DNA of 64,000 nt from Antedon mediterranea (GCF_964355755.1 NC_092676.1:27298871-27362870); one strand, 5' to 3'; shown: positions 50,077-62,677, counted from the stretch's first letter. Notes: generated by a model from the letters alone, not told the origin. Translations and numbers: made by a program.

Positions 50077-51927
50077 TTAATAATATATTATTTTGATTGT
50101 GCTGTCACCATAACATGATACAGCAACCATACGTGGGTTATGAGAGATGATACATAACTGGTCTGCCACAGTAATTCCATCTTCTTGTTGATCAATTCTT
50201 TTGATAAAATGTCCATCGCTCCTGAATAGTTGTATTTTGTCTCTAGTTGCTATGATGATGTTGTCATCCTCATCAACTACAATTCCACCTGGCATTATCA
50301 CCATATTATAATCTCTCTCATTGATAAATACTTTCAGTGACTTGTCTTTATCATATAGTAGTACTTGACGCCTTCCTGCATCTGCTACAAGTACTTTCTT
50401 AGTTTTTGTAAGTGTAACATCCAAGTATTCAGTATATGATTTGTCTTCTGGTTCTATCTCCTCCAACTTCTTACCACTATTGATGTCAAACATTAACACA
50501 CATCCAATGTCCGGATCTGCTACATATATAACATTAGTTGCCTCATCTATGTGAATACCACATGGAGTTATAAATACACCCTTACCAATGGATTTGAGCA
50601 CAAGACGATTCGTATCACATACTTGAATGGATTTATTACCTTGATCACTGAATGCTATGTTGCCATTCTTCATTCTGTACATACATTTAACCATCACCCG
50701 TTTTGGTAGCGTAATCTTGCCTATACGTTCTCCTGATTGTTTGTACTTGTAAATTTCATTTGTGCAAAATGAAACCAGCAAGCAATCACCATCACCCTTT
50801 GCTACTCCTGTAGGCTTACCATCTACTTTGATAGTAAGTGGTTTGATTGTGACTTTTCCAAAGTCATTTTTTTTCAGTGAATCAATTGAATGTTTGTTTC
50901 TGATGAAGTTAATTTGTCTACAGCCATTCTGTTTGATCTCTTCAGAATTATTAATTGTATCCATCATTTTATTTAATACAATTTCGCTTGATTTCATAGC
51001 AGTTGCTGGCTCACTCGTTAATAACTTCTTTAGGAAACTCAAGTTTATATTTAATTCAGAATTTATTGTTTCTAAATTTTTCATTTGTACGTCATTAACT
51101 TTCTTTGCATTCTTATAAATCATTTCAACTTTTTTTTTCATTTCATCTGCTTTTTTCTGGATTACTTGTACCATTTCTTGAACTTTGTTATCAATATCTC
51201 TAAGGCTTGCATCTTTACTTTCTTCTAATTTTATTGCATTTTTTTCAACTACTTTAAGTAAATTTTCTGTTTTTTTAATGGATTCACTGGCAGCTTTCTT
51301 TAAGTCTTCTGATGTTTCCTTAAATGTATTAAATGCTGTTATAATGTCAATCAGTTTATGTTTTCCATCAGCTGTGTGTTGGATTACTGCACATTGTATG
51401 CATATTGGTACTTTACATTTTGTACAATACATCTCTAATGGTTTAGCATGAGAGGGGCACAGCGGTGGATTTAACAATGAAAACTGTTGTTGTGTCATAG
51501 ATTGAACTTCCTCTACAGCAAGTAATTTATGAGTAGATGTTATTGGCAACATTTTGTGATGATTACTACATGTCAAACACATGTAATGTCTGCACTCTTT
51601 ACAGTAATTTGTTACCTGTTCTGTTGATTCACAAATGCATTGAACCTCATCTTTCTTTTTTTCAAGTTTTATGGTTTCCAAGAGGTTGTTAAGAAATGTA
51701 TTTGGTGCAAGTTGTTGAAGCCCTCCTTCTGGAATGGGATGTGGTTTGCGACAAATAGGGCATGTTAGCTTGCCACGATTGGTACAAACCCAATTCTCCA
51801 AACACTTGAGGCAGAAACTATGAAGGCAGCCAAGTGATTTTGGGTCTTCTAGCCTTCCATTACAGATAGAACATTCTAGTACTTTATCATCTATATATCC
51901 AAGTGAACTTAAATCATTGCTAGCCAT
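50077..51927 (-). CDS. TRIM-NHL E3 ubiquitin ligase copy 5, intact, 616 aa, the only copy with two B-boxes
   Basis: RING; B-box1 CICE...YCKECRHYMCLTCSNHH...THKL; B-box2 CPSH..YCTKC..C..C..H..H; coiled-coil; NHL. Confidence 0.94.
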   Translation of the reverse strand: MASNDLSSLGYIDDKVLECSICNGRLEDPKSLGCLHSFCLKCLENWVCTNRGKLTCPICRKPHPIPEGGLQQLAPNTFLNNLLETIKLEKKKDEVQCICESTEQVTNYCKECRHYMCLTCSNHHKMLPITSTHKLLAVEEVQSMTQQQFSLLNPPLCPSHAKPLEMYCTKCKVPICIQCAVIQHTADGKHKLIDIITAFNTFKETSEDLKKAASESIKKTENLLKVVEKNAIKLEESKDASLRDIDNKVQEMVQVIQKKADEMKKKVEMIYKNAKKVNDVQMKNLETINSELNINLSFLKKLLTSEPATAMKSSEIVLNKMMDTINNSEEIKQNGCRQINFIRNKHSIDSLKKNDFGKVTIKPLTIKVDGKPTGVAKGDGDCLLVSFCTNEIYKYKQSGERIGKITLPKRVMVKCMYRMKNGNIAFSDQGNKSIQVCDTNRLVLKSIGKGVFITPCGIHIDEATNVIYVADPDIGCVLMFDINSGKKLEEIEPEDKSYTEYLDVTLTKTKKVLVADAGRRQVLLYDKDKSLKVFINERDYNMVIMPGGIVVDEDDNIIIATRDKIQLFRSDGHFIKRIDQQEDGITVADQLCIISHNPRMVAVSCYGDSTIKIIYY

Positions 51928-52811
51928 CTTGCAATAGTAATTTGATCAATAACCTTATTCTTTGCAGCAGTTAAAATTTTGTCCAGGTTTCAGATAATAA
52001 TGATACTTTTTACCAATAAATATGGGTGTGATCTTCAACTGTATAGTGACGGACAATTTAAAAATAAGTATTAAATATCTAAATGTAAGCACTAAAGTAC
52101 AGTTGGTTTTTCCACTTGTATCATGTGACCATAACTAGACTAGTTGAGATGTGTTCAAAATCAGTGATGCACACTACACTGAACAAAAGCATGTCTATGT
52201 AATTCTCACATTTTAAGAGATTGTATTTTGTATGTATTGTCAAATATTAATAATTCAACACAATAGTGTACTTCTTGAAGGCACAACATCTATTTCTGTT
52301 TTGGGTAGACATTTGGGATCCATCATGTGTTGTACTACGTTATCAAATGTTTACCATATAAAATGTACTGTACAACTATTTTAGCATTGGTCAGTCTATA
52401 GCCTATGATTGTAAGACTTTTAAATATGAACTGACTTTTAGTCTTTAACTTTAAACTTTCAACTCAACATTCATTTATTTTGTTAAGTGTATGTGTGATA
52501 TATTAGATAATTCATACTCATTTTGTTGTCTTTCATAACAATGATAATCTCAAAAAGATGTCAGACTTGTCCATAATTATTACAGTGATCTGAGTGGTTA
52601 ACAGTCATTTCTGTCGTCAAATCAAAATTGTTTTAATGATAATAGTCACATGTAACATTTATGTTGTCAAATCAGGAACTATTACAACTGTAAGATAACA
52701 AACTGAATGGATTTCTTTTACAAATCATTTTATTTATTAAGCTCAGATGTGTACAAACAAATCACTTTTCATAAAAGATAAATGAATTCAAAATCCCTCC
52801 AATTAGATACC

Positions 52812-53020
52812 AATAGGTTCATTTTCTTCGGCATCCGTTTCTCTATGGAACGCGTTGCCTATTGAAATCCGTCAGGCTACTTCCACCAGTGTCTTCAAAT
52901 CTCTCCTCAAAACCCACCTTTTTAATTTGTAATTTTTCTAAATTTTCTGTCTTTGTAAAGCGCATTGAGGCTTTCAGCATAATGCGCTATATCAAGTACC
53001 AGTTATTATATTATTATTAG
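52812..53020 (+). mobile_element. L2-type LINE 3' terminal fragment
   Basis: Encodes ..SLWNALPIEIRQATSTSVFKSLLKTHLF, then GTAAAGCGCATTGAG...GCGCTATATCAAGT and an (ATT)n tail. Confidence 0.75.
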
Positions 53021-53829
53021 ATGACCAAATAAAGTACAGAGCGCCCTCTATTTAAATACTATGCCAATTACTCAAGACTAGGCCATTACAACAGTGCTTT
53101 ACATTTTATCAAATCACCTGTATATAAAATAAAAAACAGATTATTGATTTGTATTATTTAACACATTCATTACTTATGAACTTAGAGATTATTTTTTAAT
53201 TGTAAGCTTTGTATAAGAACCTAATGGTTTTGTGTGTAATTTTATGAAAAACATTAAAGATGTATTGTCCCCCAAAAACATGAAAAATGAAAATCAGACT
53301 TTGAATAGGTTATTTTTGTAGTTTTAATAAAGTTAATCACTTCCGAAGAAAAAAATAATGTTTTCACTTATAAAGTAACATAATAAATGGTTAAATTCAA
53401 CCAAAAATCCATTGGCTGGCAGCCAATTTGACCATTTTTTGCTTTAAATTCCAATTTTTTCAGGTAAATAATTTTTTTTCCATCCAATTTTTGTTCGAAG
53501 TAAATAACTATTATGTGACATTAAAATGGCATATTCAACAACAAAAAAAATAAAATAATTTTTCAGGGCGACAGTACATCTTTAAATAAAACTAAATAAC
53601 TCAAATGTTGTGTTTCATAAAAATACACATTGAATGATTAGATTAAGCATTAAAGATACATAAGATATTATTTATAATTTTTATAGTAATTATGAATTCG
53701 TTAAAAATGGATTCCATTCAGGCGTGTACAAAATTTGATTTATTATTTGAATATTTCAATTTATATACGAAATACTTTATATATTTAATTTGTATATCTT
53801 TAATTTGTATACACAGAAGAGTCTTGCCT

Positions 53830-55489
53830 TTAATAATTAAACATTTTGATTGTTCTGCCATCCCAATTTGCTACAGCAACCATATGTGGGTTATATGAAA
53901 AGATACATACTGATGTGGTTCACGAATTCCATCTTCCTGTTGATCAATTCTTTTGATAAATTGTCCATCACTACTGAATAGTTGTAGTTTGTCTATACTT
54001 GCTATGATGATGTTATCATCATCATCAACTACAATACTACGTGGCCATATCACCTTACCATCTTTATCTCCTTCATCGATGAGCATTTTCAGTGACTTGA
54101 CCTTGTCATCATACAATAATACTTGGTTGTCTTCTGCATCTGTTACAAGTAGTTTACCAGTTTTTGTAAGTGTAACATCAAAGTGGTAAAAATCTGTTAC
54201 TATCTTCTTCAACAGCTTACCATTAATTATGTCAAACATAAACACACATTCCATGTCCCAATCTGCTACATATATAACATTAGTTGGTTCATCTATGTGA
54301 AAACCCCATGGATCCTTTATTGTTCGCCTAAATACACCCTTACCAATGGATCTGATCACATGACCATTCATATCACATTCTTTAATGCATTTATTACCGT
54401 CATCACTGAATGCTATGTTGCCATTCTTCATTTTGTACATTCTGTAAACTCTCACACCTTCTGGTAGCGTAATCTTACTTATACATTCTCCTGATTGTTT
54501 GTACTTGTAAATTTCATTTGTGTCAAATGAAACCAGCAAGCAATCATCATCACACTTTGCTACTCCTGTAGGTGTACCCTCTACGTTGATAGTAAGTGGT
54601 GTGAATACAACATTACTAATGTCATTTTCTTTCGATAAATCAATTGAATGTTTGTTTCTGATAAAGTTAATCTGTCTAGTAGTATTGACTTGCTTGATTT
54701 CATCAGATTTATTAATTTCATCCATTAGTGTATTTAATACAATTTTTGTTAAATTTGTAATTTGTACGTCATTACCTTCCTTTTCCTCCATATAATTTGC
54801 TTCAACTTTTTTTCTCATTTCTTCTCCTTTTTTCTGGATTACTTGTATCATTTCTTGAACTTGGTTATCAATATCTGTAAGGCTTGCCTCTTTACTTTTT
54901 TCTAGTTCTTCAGCATTCTTTGTGACTACTTTAAGTATATTTTCTGCTTTTTTTATGGATTCATTGGATTTGTTCTGACTGCTTTAAGTACATTTTCTGT
55001 TTTTTTTATGGATTCATTGGCAGCTTTCTTTAAGTCTTCTGAGGTTTCCTTAAATGTATTAAATGCTGTAATAATGTTAATTAGTTCATGTTTTCCATCT
55101 CCTGCGGCATGTTGCATTTCAGTGCATTCTATGCATATTGGTACTTTACATTTTGTACAATACATTTCTAATGGTTGAGCATGAGAGGCGCACAGAGAGG
55201 CAGTGCCTTTAACCTCACCTTTCTTTTCATGTTGTTTGATGGTTTCCAAGAGGTTGTTAAGAATTGTATTTGGTGCAAGTTTTTGAAGCCCTCCTACTGG
55301 TATGGGATATTTTTTGCGACAATTCGGACATGTAAGTTGTCCATTATTGCTTTGAACCCAATTTTCCAAACATTTCAGACAGAAACTATGAAGGCAGCTA
55401 AAGGATTTTGGATTTTCTATTCTTTCATTACGGATAGAACATTCTAGTTCTTTCTCATCTATAGACACGTTTACGTTGTTGCTAGCCAT
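53830..55489 (-). pseudogene. TRIM-NHL copy 6, pseudogene
   Basis: RING Cys is lost (ECSIRNE). An internal duplication of about 53 bp at 54910-55020 breaks the frame, the coiled-coil has an in-frame deletion, and there is a frameshift near 53908. The ancestral stop is at 53830. Confidence 0.88.
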
Positions 55490-56910
55490 CCTGCAAGAAT
55501 AATGTGTAATTTCTTTATGTGGAATAAATTTGGTATAGCAATAGTTTTTTTGTTACTAAAATAAATAAGAAAACCCATGTTTAAGAGCTGCTACAGAGGC
55601 CAAGAAGAAGAAATGCCTATTTATACATTTGAGGAATATGTTTTTATACTATAGTTTTAACTAAACTAATTTCTAATATCGTATATCGCACTGAAGCCCT
55701 TCTTTGGCAGAAAATGTGTTTACAAATTCCGGTACATATTAAAATATATTGCACTATTTAAAATTATGATTACCACCATTAAAACCTAAAAAAAAACAAC
55801 TTAAAAAGTAGAAGATCACTTTCAACCAGTTCAATTGCATTTGTCCTAACCTCATCTTGGATTTTTATTTAAACAAAAATATATTTACAAATGATAATTT
55901 ATTATATTATGAATTGTGATGTTGGTGCTAATAAAGTTGTAAATTGAGTTTTAATTTAAAGCCTTTATTTTAAAATTAAACTGTAACCAAAGCATTATGA
56001 CCAGATCACCAGACCAGATAATGCAAATAAGATGGATGGAATAAGATTTGTCAAATCATCATAATTTTGTGCACTTATTTTTCTCTATTTTCAGTACTGT
56101 AACATTATTTGATGCTGTAGATGCATCCAACACCAGATAACATTTTAAAATTTTTGTTTCTGGGTAAAATGTGACAACTTTTTTCTTCTCCTGTGCACTG
56201 ACTTGAAATTGAGATATATATTATTATATTATACAATATATATTTTGTAAACATTTTACAGTATACAATAGGTAACAAAGGCCTGCATTGTGTTTTCTCA
56301 TAAGATATTCTCACTTGTCACCTAGCAGCGTTAACAGATAGAAGTTACTGTTCACATTAGGTAAGATATGTTCTGGTTATTAAATACTAGTTTTAAATAA
56401 ATTTATTGTCCATGTAGTTAACATATTTTATTTAACATTTTAGATGTGTTTCAACAGACAATGGTTTTTGACTGCAGCCTACCAGATAAGTAGAGAAAAG
56501 GCCTTACACTTTTACAAGAATTCTAAAGGTAACTTTGATGTACAGGGGTGGATCCAGGATTTTTATATATTGATATAAAAAAGTAAATTTCCAAAATAAG
56601 ATTTCATTTTAGATGTCAAATGGGGTAGCATTTGTGCTCCCAATGAAATGTTACTTGTCAAATGGGGCAGCACTCGCCCAAAGCGTACCCCTGGATCTGC
56701 CGCTGATATAAATGAAAATTTATGTGTTTTTCAATTCATATGCCGCAGTTTGTTTGCATCCATGAATAGTTACAGTTGGTTTTTCTACTCGTATCATGTG
56801 ACCATAAGTAGACTAGTTATGATGTTAATTCAACACAATAGTGTACTTCTTGAAGGCACAACAGCTATTGCTGTTTTGGGTAGACATTTGGGATCCATCA
56901 TGTGTTGTAC

Positions 56911-57820
56911 AGATACAGATACAGATACAGATACAGATAACTTTTATTGTCCAAATAAACTGGAAATTGCATTTGCTCACTTATCACATACAAAAATCGT
57001 ATAAAAATATCGAATAAAAATAAAGTATAAAATGTAGAATAACAATATAAAAATACACAATGATTAAAATAGTACATCATAAAATTACAGCTCAAAAATA
57101 TTTAAGTTAAAAATACAGATCATTACAAACGGTTTAAAAAGTGTCTTATATTTCATTATTAATTATATATTATATTATTTATTATTGTTATCAAAATTAT
57201 TGTAGTTACCTCTTAAAGTCATCGTTAAATTTTTTAATCCCAGCAGGTAGAAACGAATTTGAGTATCGACCCGTCCGCGCCAACACCGACCTCAGTCTAC
57301 CACTTCTACCAATGTGGCAGCGAAGAAGATCCGAATGAAGGGGGTGGCTTTCCTCCTCCATGACCGCCTGTAAACCATTTTTCAATCGTTCTCCGTAGTG
57401 ACAATCGTAGACTGAGTCCGCTGTCAGCGCCGACGAGCCAATCACTCTTAATGCCCTTTCTAACACTTTACATATGCGGCCCTTATCTCCTTTGTTTATG
57501 TTCCCACCCCAGCCTAATAGGCAATAATCCCAGATTGAAAAAATAACAGATGAATAAAACATTGTAAGTATCTCTTCCCTTACCCTAAAAACGTTCATTT
57601 TCCTCAAACAGTACAGTCTAGTATTTAATTTTTTAATTAGTTGATCTACATGCTCTCCCCATGATAAATTATTGTCATACGTTACCCCAAGATACTTATA
57701 TGTTTTAACGATTTCTACCTCATGTCCTTTAATCTGGACAGGCTCAATTTCCCTTCTTTTTTTACGGCGGAAATCTATTCGCATTTCTTTGGTTTTTGCT
57801 ACATTAAGTTCAAGGAAATT
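56911..57820 (-). mobile_element. 5'-truncated LINE (Rex-Babar-like RT C-terminus)
   Basis: LNVAKTKEMRIDFRRK, YKYLGVTYDNNLSW and RYSNSFLP motifs, with a (TATCTG)n tail. The empty site is visible in the paralog at about 39150. Confidence 0.85.
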
Positions 57821-58863
57821 AAATGTTTACGATATAAAATATACTGTACAACTATTCTTGCATTAGCCTATGATTGTAAGATTTTGTTTAGTCTTTAACT
57901 TTAAACTTCCAACTCAACATTCATTTATTTTGTAAAGTGTATGGGTGATGTAGATAATTCTTACTCATTTTGTTGTCTTTCATAACAATGATAATCTCAA
58001 AAAGATGTCAGACTTGTCCATAATCATTCCAGTGATCTGATTGGTTAAGTCATATTTCTGTCGTCAAATTAAAATTGCTTTAATGATAATAGTCACGTGT
58101 ATCATTTCTGTTGTCAAATCAGGAACTATCACAACTGTAAGATAACAAACTGAATGGGTTTCTTTTAATCATTTTATTTATTAAGCTCAGATGTACAAAC
58201 AAATCATTTCATAAAAAATAAATTTACATAAAAACCTCTCTAATTAGATACAACTATTTATAATTGTTAATTTAAATTTATTTATTCAGGTATAATGACA
58301 CAATTTACAAAAAAGCAAACAAAGTCTGAAAATATTGTAGTACAAAGATTGAAACATTAAAAATCACGGATCAAAAAAAAAATAAAATGATTCATTCATG
58401 TACAGAGCGCCCTCTATTTAAATACCGTGGCAATTGCTATTTATCATAAAATAAACACAGATTATTCAAGACCAGGTCATTACAATATGTTATGCTTTAC
58501 CTTTTATCCTAATATAACATTTTATCAAAGTTACATGTGTATATAAAATAAACAACAGATTATTGATTATTTGTATTATTTAACTCATTCATTACTTACA
58601 ATCTTAAAGATTATTTTTTAAATTGTAAGCTTTGTATACGAACCTAATTTGTGTGTAATTTTAAAAAATAAAATAAAACTAAATGTTGTGTTGGATGAAA
58701 ATACACATTAAATGAATAGATTAAGCATTAAAATACATAATTTTTTCAGTAATTATGAATTAGGCAAAAATGGGTTAGATATGTACACAATTTATAATTT
58801 GATTTAATAATTTGAATATTTCAGTTTATATAGGAAATACTTTATATAATTAATTTCTTGCTT

Positions 58864-61369
58864 TTAATAATAAAATATTTTGATTGTGTTGTTACCCAAA
58901 TTTGCTACAGCAACCATACATGGGTTATGAGAAATGATACATAACTTATGGAACGCCGTTTACGCAACATTTCGATGATATGAATTTTATGACGCGATAT
59001 GTGAATGAAATGCATCGATATGAATTAAATGGTGCGATATATGAATGAAATGTTTTGAATTGAATGCTTTGAATTGAATATTTTGAATGAAATGTTTTGA
59101 ATGAAATGTTTTGAATGAAATGTTTTGAATGAAATGTTTTGAATGAAATGTTTTGAATGAAATGTTTTGAATGAAATGTTTTGAATGAAATGTTTGAATT
59201 GAATTGAAAAGTCAAACTATTGGTGGCGTATGTCATTCTCGCTCGCGATTATTTTCTCAACCTCTTAGGCCTAAGCCTGGGTACCCTCATCTCTTTTCTT
59301 CCACGCTGCCTTTACAGAGAATCCTAACAGACCTGGGTTCGGAAATATGTATTCCAATGTTTCAGGTCTGTTAGGGAGTCTCTGTAAAGGATTCATATTG
59401 ATGACAGCGTTGAAAGGAGATGAGGGTACCCATGCTTAGGCCTATTAAGAGGTTGAAAAAAAATCGCGAGCGGGAATGACATACGCCGCCAATAGTTTGA
59501 CTTTTTAATTCAATTCAAACATTTCATTCAAAACATTTCATTCAAAACATTTCATTCAAAACATTTCATTCAAAACATTCAATTCAAAACATTTCATTCA
59601 AAACATTTCATTCAAAACATTCAATTCAAAGCATTCAATTCAAAACATTTCATTCATATATCACACCATTCAATTCATATCGATGCATTTTATTCACATA
59701 TCGCGTCAAAAAATTCATATCATCGAAATGTTGCGTAAACGGCGTTCCATAATAACTGCTTTGGTACACTAATTTCACCTTTTTGTTTATCAATTCTTTT
59801 GATAAAATGTCCATCACTACTGAATAGTTGTAGTTTGTCTATACTTGCTATGATGATGTTATCATCTTCATCAACTACAACTCCTTTTGGCCACCTCACT
59901 TTACCATCTTCATCTCCTTTATTGATGAGTACTTTCATTGACTTGTTCTTGTCATCATACAATAATACTTGATGGTTTCTTGCATCTGATACAAGTACTT
60001 TACCAGTTTTTGTAAGTGCAATATCAGAGTATCTATGTTCTTTATTTTGTGTTCCTATCTTCTTCAACACACCATTAAGTATGTCAAACATAAACACACA
60101 GTTAATGTGCAAATCTGCTACATACATAACATTAGTTGCCTCATCTATGTGAATACCCCATGGATTCATCAATACACCCTTACCAATGGATTTGATGACA
60201 TGACCATTCATATCACATACTTGAATGCATTTATTACCAAAATCACTGAATGCTATGTTGCCATTCTTCATTCTGTACATTCTGTTAATCATCACACCTT
60301 CTGGTAGTGTAATCTTGTTTGTACATTCTCCTGATTGTTTGTACTTGTGAATTTCATTTGTGCGAAATGAAACCTGCAAGCAATCATCATCACACTTTGC
60401 TACTCCTGTAGGTATACTCTCTACTTTGATAGTAAGTGGTTTGAATACAACATTTCCAATGTCAATTTCTTTCAATAAATCAAATGGCTGTTTGTTTCTG
60501 ATAAAGTTAATTTGTCTAGTAGTATTGACTTGCTTGATTTCTTCAGATTTATTAATTTCATCCATCATTTTGTTTAATACAATCTCACTTGATTTCATAG
60601 CAGTTGCTGTCTCACTCTTTAGTAAATGATTTAGGGAACTCATATTTGTGTTTAATTCAGCATTGATTTTTGTTAATTTTGTAATTTGTAAGTCATTAAC
60701 TTTCTTTTCATTTTTATAATTTGCTTCAACTTTTTTCTTCATTTCATCTGCTTTTTTCTGGATTATTAAAAACATTTCTTGAACTTGGTTATCAATATCT
60801 GTGAGACTTGCCTCTTTACTTTCTTCTAGTTCTTTAGCATTCTTTGTGACTATTTTGAGTAAATTTTCTATATTTTGTATCGATTCATTGGCAGCTTTCT
60901 TTAAGTCTTCTGATGTTTCCTTAAACGCATTAAATGCCGTTACAATGTTAATTAGTTCATGTTTTCCATCTCCTGCAGCATGTTCCATTTCAGTGCATTC
61001 TATGCATATTGGTACTTTATATTTTGTACAATACATTTTCAATTGTTGAGCATGAGAGACGCACAGAGAGGCAGTGCCTTTAACCTTCCTTTTCTGTTCA
61101 TGTTGTTTCACAGTTTCCAGGAGGTTGTGAAGAAAAGTATTTGGGGCAAGTTTTTGAAGCCCTCCTACTGGAATAGGATACTCTTTGCGACAAATAGGGC
61201 ATGTTAGCTTGCCATGATTGGTACGAACCCATTTCTTCAAACACTTCAGACAGAAACTATGAAGGCATGAGCTAAGTGATTTTGGGTCTTCTAGCCTTCC
61301 ATTACAGACAGAATATTCTAGTACTTTCTCATCGATATCTCCAAGTAGACTAATGTCGTTGCTAGCCAT
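58864..61369 (-). pseudogene. TRIM-NHL copy 7, interrupted in the last NHL blade by a foldback element
   Basis: ORF 59720-61369 runs into the insertion after VPKQL. The remainder (CIISHNPCMVAVANLGNNTIKIFYY*) lies at 58864-58946. The first RING Cys and a B-box Cys are both changed to Tyr. Confidence 0.88.
58947..59751. mobile_element. 805-bp foldback (almost wholly palindromic) DNA transposon with 14-bp internal tandem repeats
   Basis: Ends TATGGAACGCCGTTTACGCAACATTTCGATGATATG and its reverse complement. Arms contain (GAATGAAATGTTTT)n. 6-bp TSD ATAACT (58941-58946 and 59752-59757). Confidence 0.92.
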
Positions 61370-62355
61370 CCTGCAATATTAATTTGTCACTAATCAACAT
61401 AAATTATTCAATCTAACATATTAATAAGGATAGTGGTTTTAGTTATACAAAAAAAAAAAAAAAACAAAAACAAACAATATTTTCTAAGAATAACTACAGT
61501 CTATTGTAGATATTCATTTATTTTGGTCAAATTTCCAATATCAAATTCATCTACATTCTTATAAATTATTTATTTTAATGGAGTTAGATTGGATTTGAAC
61601 CCTTTGAAATTGTCCAACATTAAGGTTAATGCTTAACATATAAATTATAATTTGAAACAGTTTGTAATTTGTAAATAATAAATATTAAAAAGTCACCTTT
61701 TCATAATGGTTGTACTTAAGCTTCTTATTAGGTGCTGACGTGGTTATTGAAAAGTAAGAAAGATTCCAATAGGTGCTGACGCTGTTAATCATGGAACCTG
61801 TTACTGTATTTAGTGTTCGGTTAAAAAAAATTAAAATTTTATCTCTACATTGAAATTTTATTTGCTATTTAGTATTAGACAATTTGTCTTAAAATCACTG
61901 ATTTATCTATTCAATGTTTACCAGACCTAGTATAGACTCCCCCAAAAAGGCAGCAGGGTTTTTCCAACCATTTATTCTTTTTTGACCCTTTACGATGTCC
62001 CTTTCTAGCCACACCCATCACATTAACGCGCCAGAGTGACTATCATTTCCATACATTAATATGTACGTAGATAATTGCAACAGGCATAAAATTGGTTAAC
62101 TTCCAGCTATGCTGACCCCTCTGGGCTCCTGACAATGAAATTTATCGCATGACAGTCCAATTGATATACATTAAAAGATCATTATCCAACTACTCATCTT
62201 CCTATCTATCTATAATATGCAGAACATCATCTACACTAATATAATCAAACATCGTATACTCTATCCGTATACTCTCTAACCAATATTTCAATCTTTCTTT
62301 CGACTGAAGCCGAAGTACAGTATAAGTCTAGTCGTATCTCGGGACCATTCTATAG

Positions 62356-62677
62356 CAAAGAACTTATAACACAAGAATCTCCTGTTCTTCAATTTGCATT
62401 CAAAACACAGTATCGGAAGTACAGGGTTAAAAGGTCAAACTGGGCGACGCCATTTCACAGCATGGAGCAGCGCCCCCTCCAAACTAGGAAGTCAATTACT
62501 CTACCCCCTAGAGTATTAGCAGATCCCCTCTATGATTTTGACTTTCTAATTTGATGCGGGCGCCCTACTCCATGGCTCACAATGGCGCCACCCATAGCTC
62601 TATTCTATCCCACAATGCCTTTCGAAATTGTTACGCGCTTCGGACGAACAGGAGATTCTTGTGTTATAAGTTCTTTG
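62356..62677. mobile_element. P-element-superfamily MITE, 322 bp
   Basis: Perfect 32-bp TIR CAAAGAACTTATAACACAAGAATCTCCTGTTC and a 7-bp TSD TCTATAG. Confidence 0.88.

Noticed and set aside
19000-61207. Recurrent plus-strand ORFs overlapping the TRIM genes (e.g. MRLASLLSSSS..., MFSISCSMF...)
   Set aside because: They are antisense shadows of the TRIM coding sequence and recur only because the genes are paralogous.
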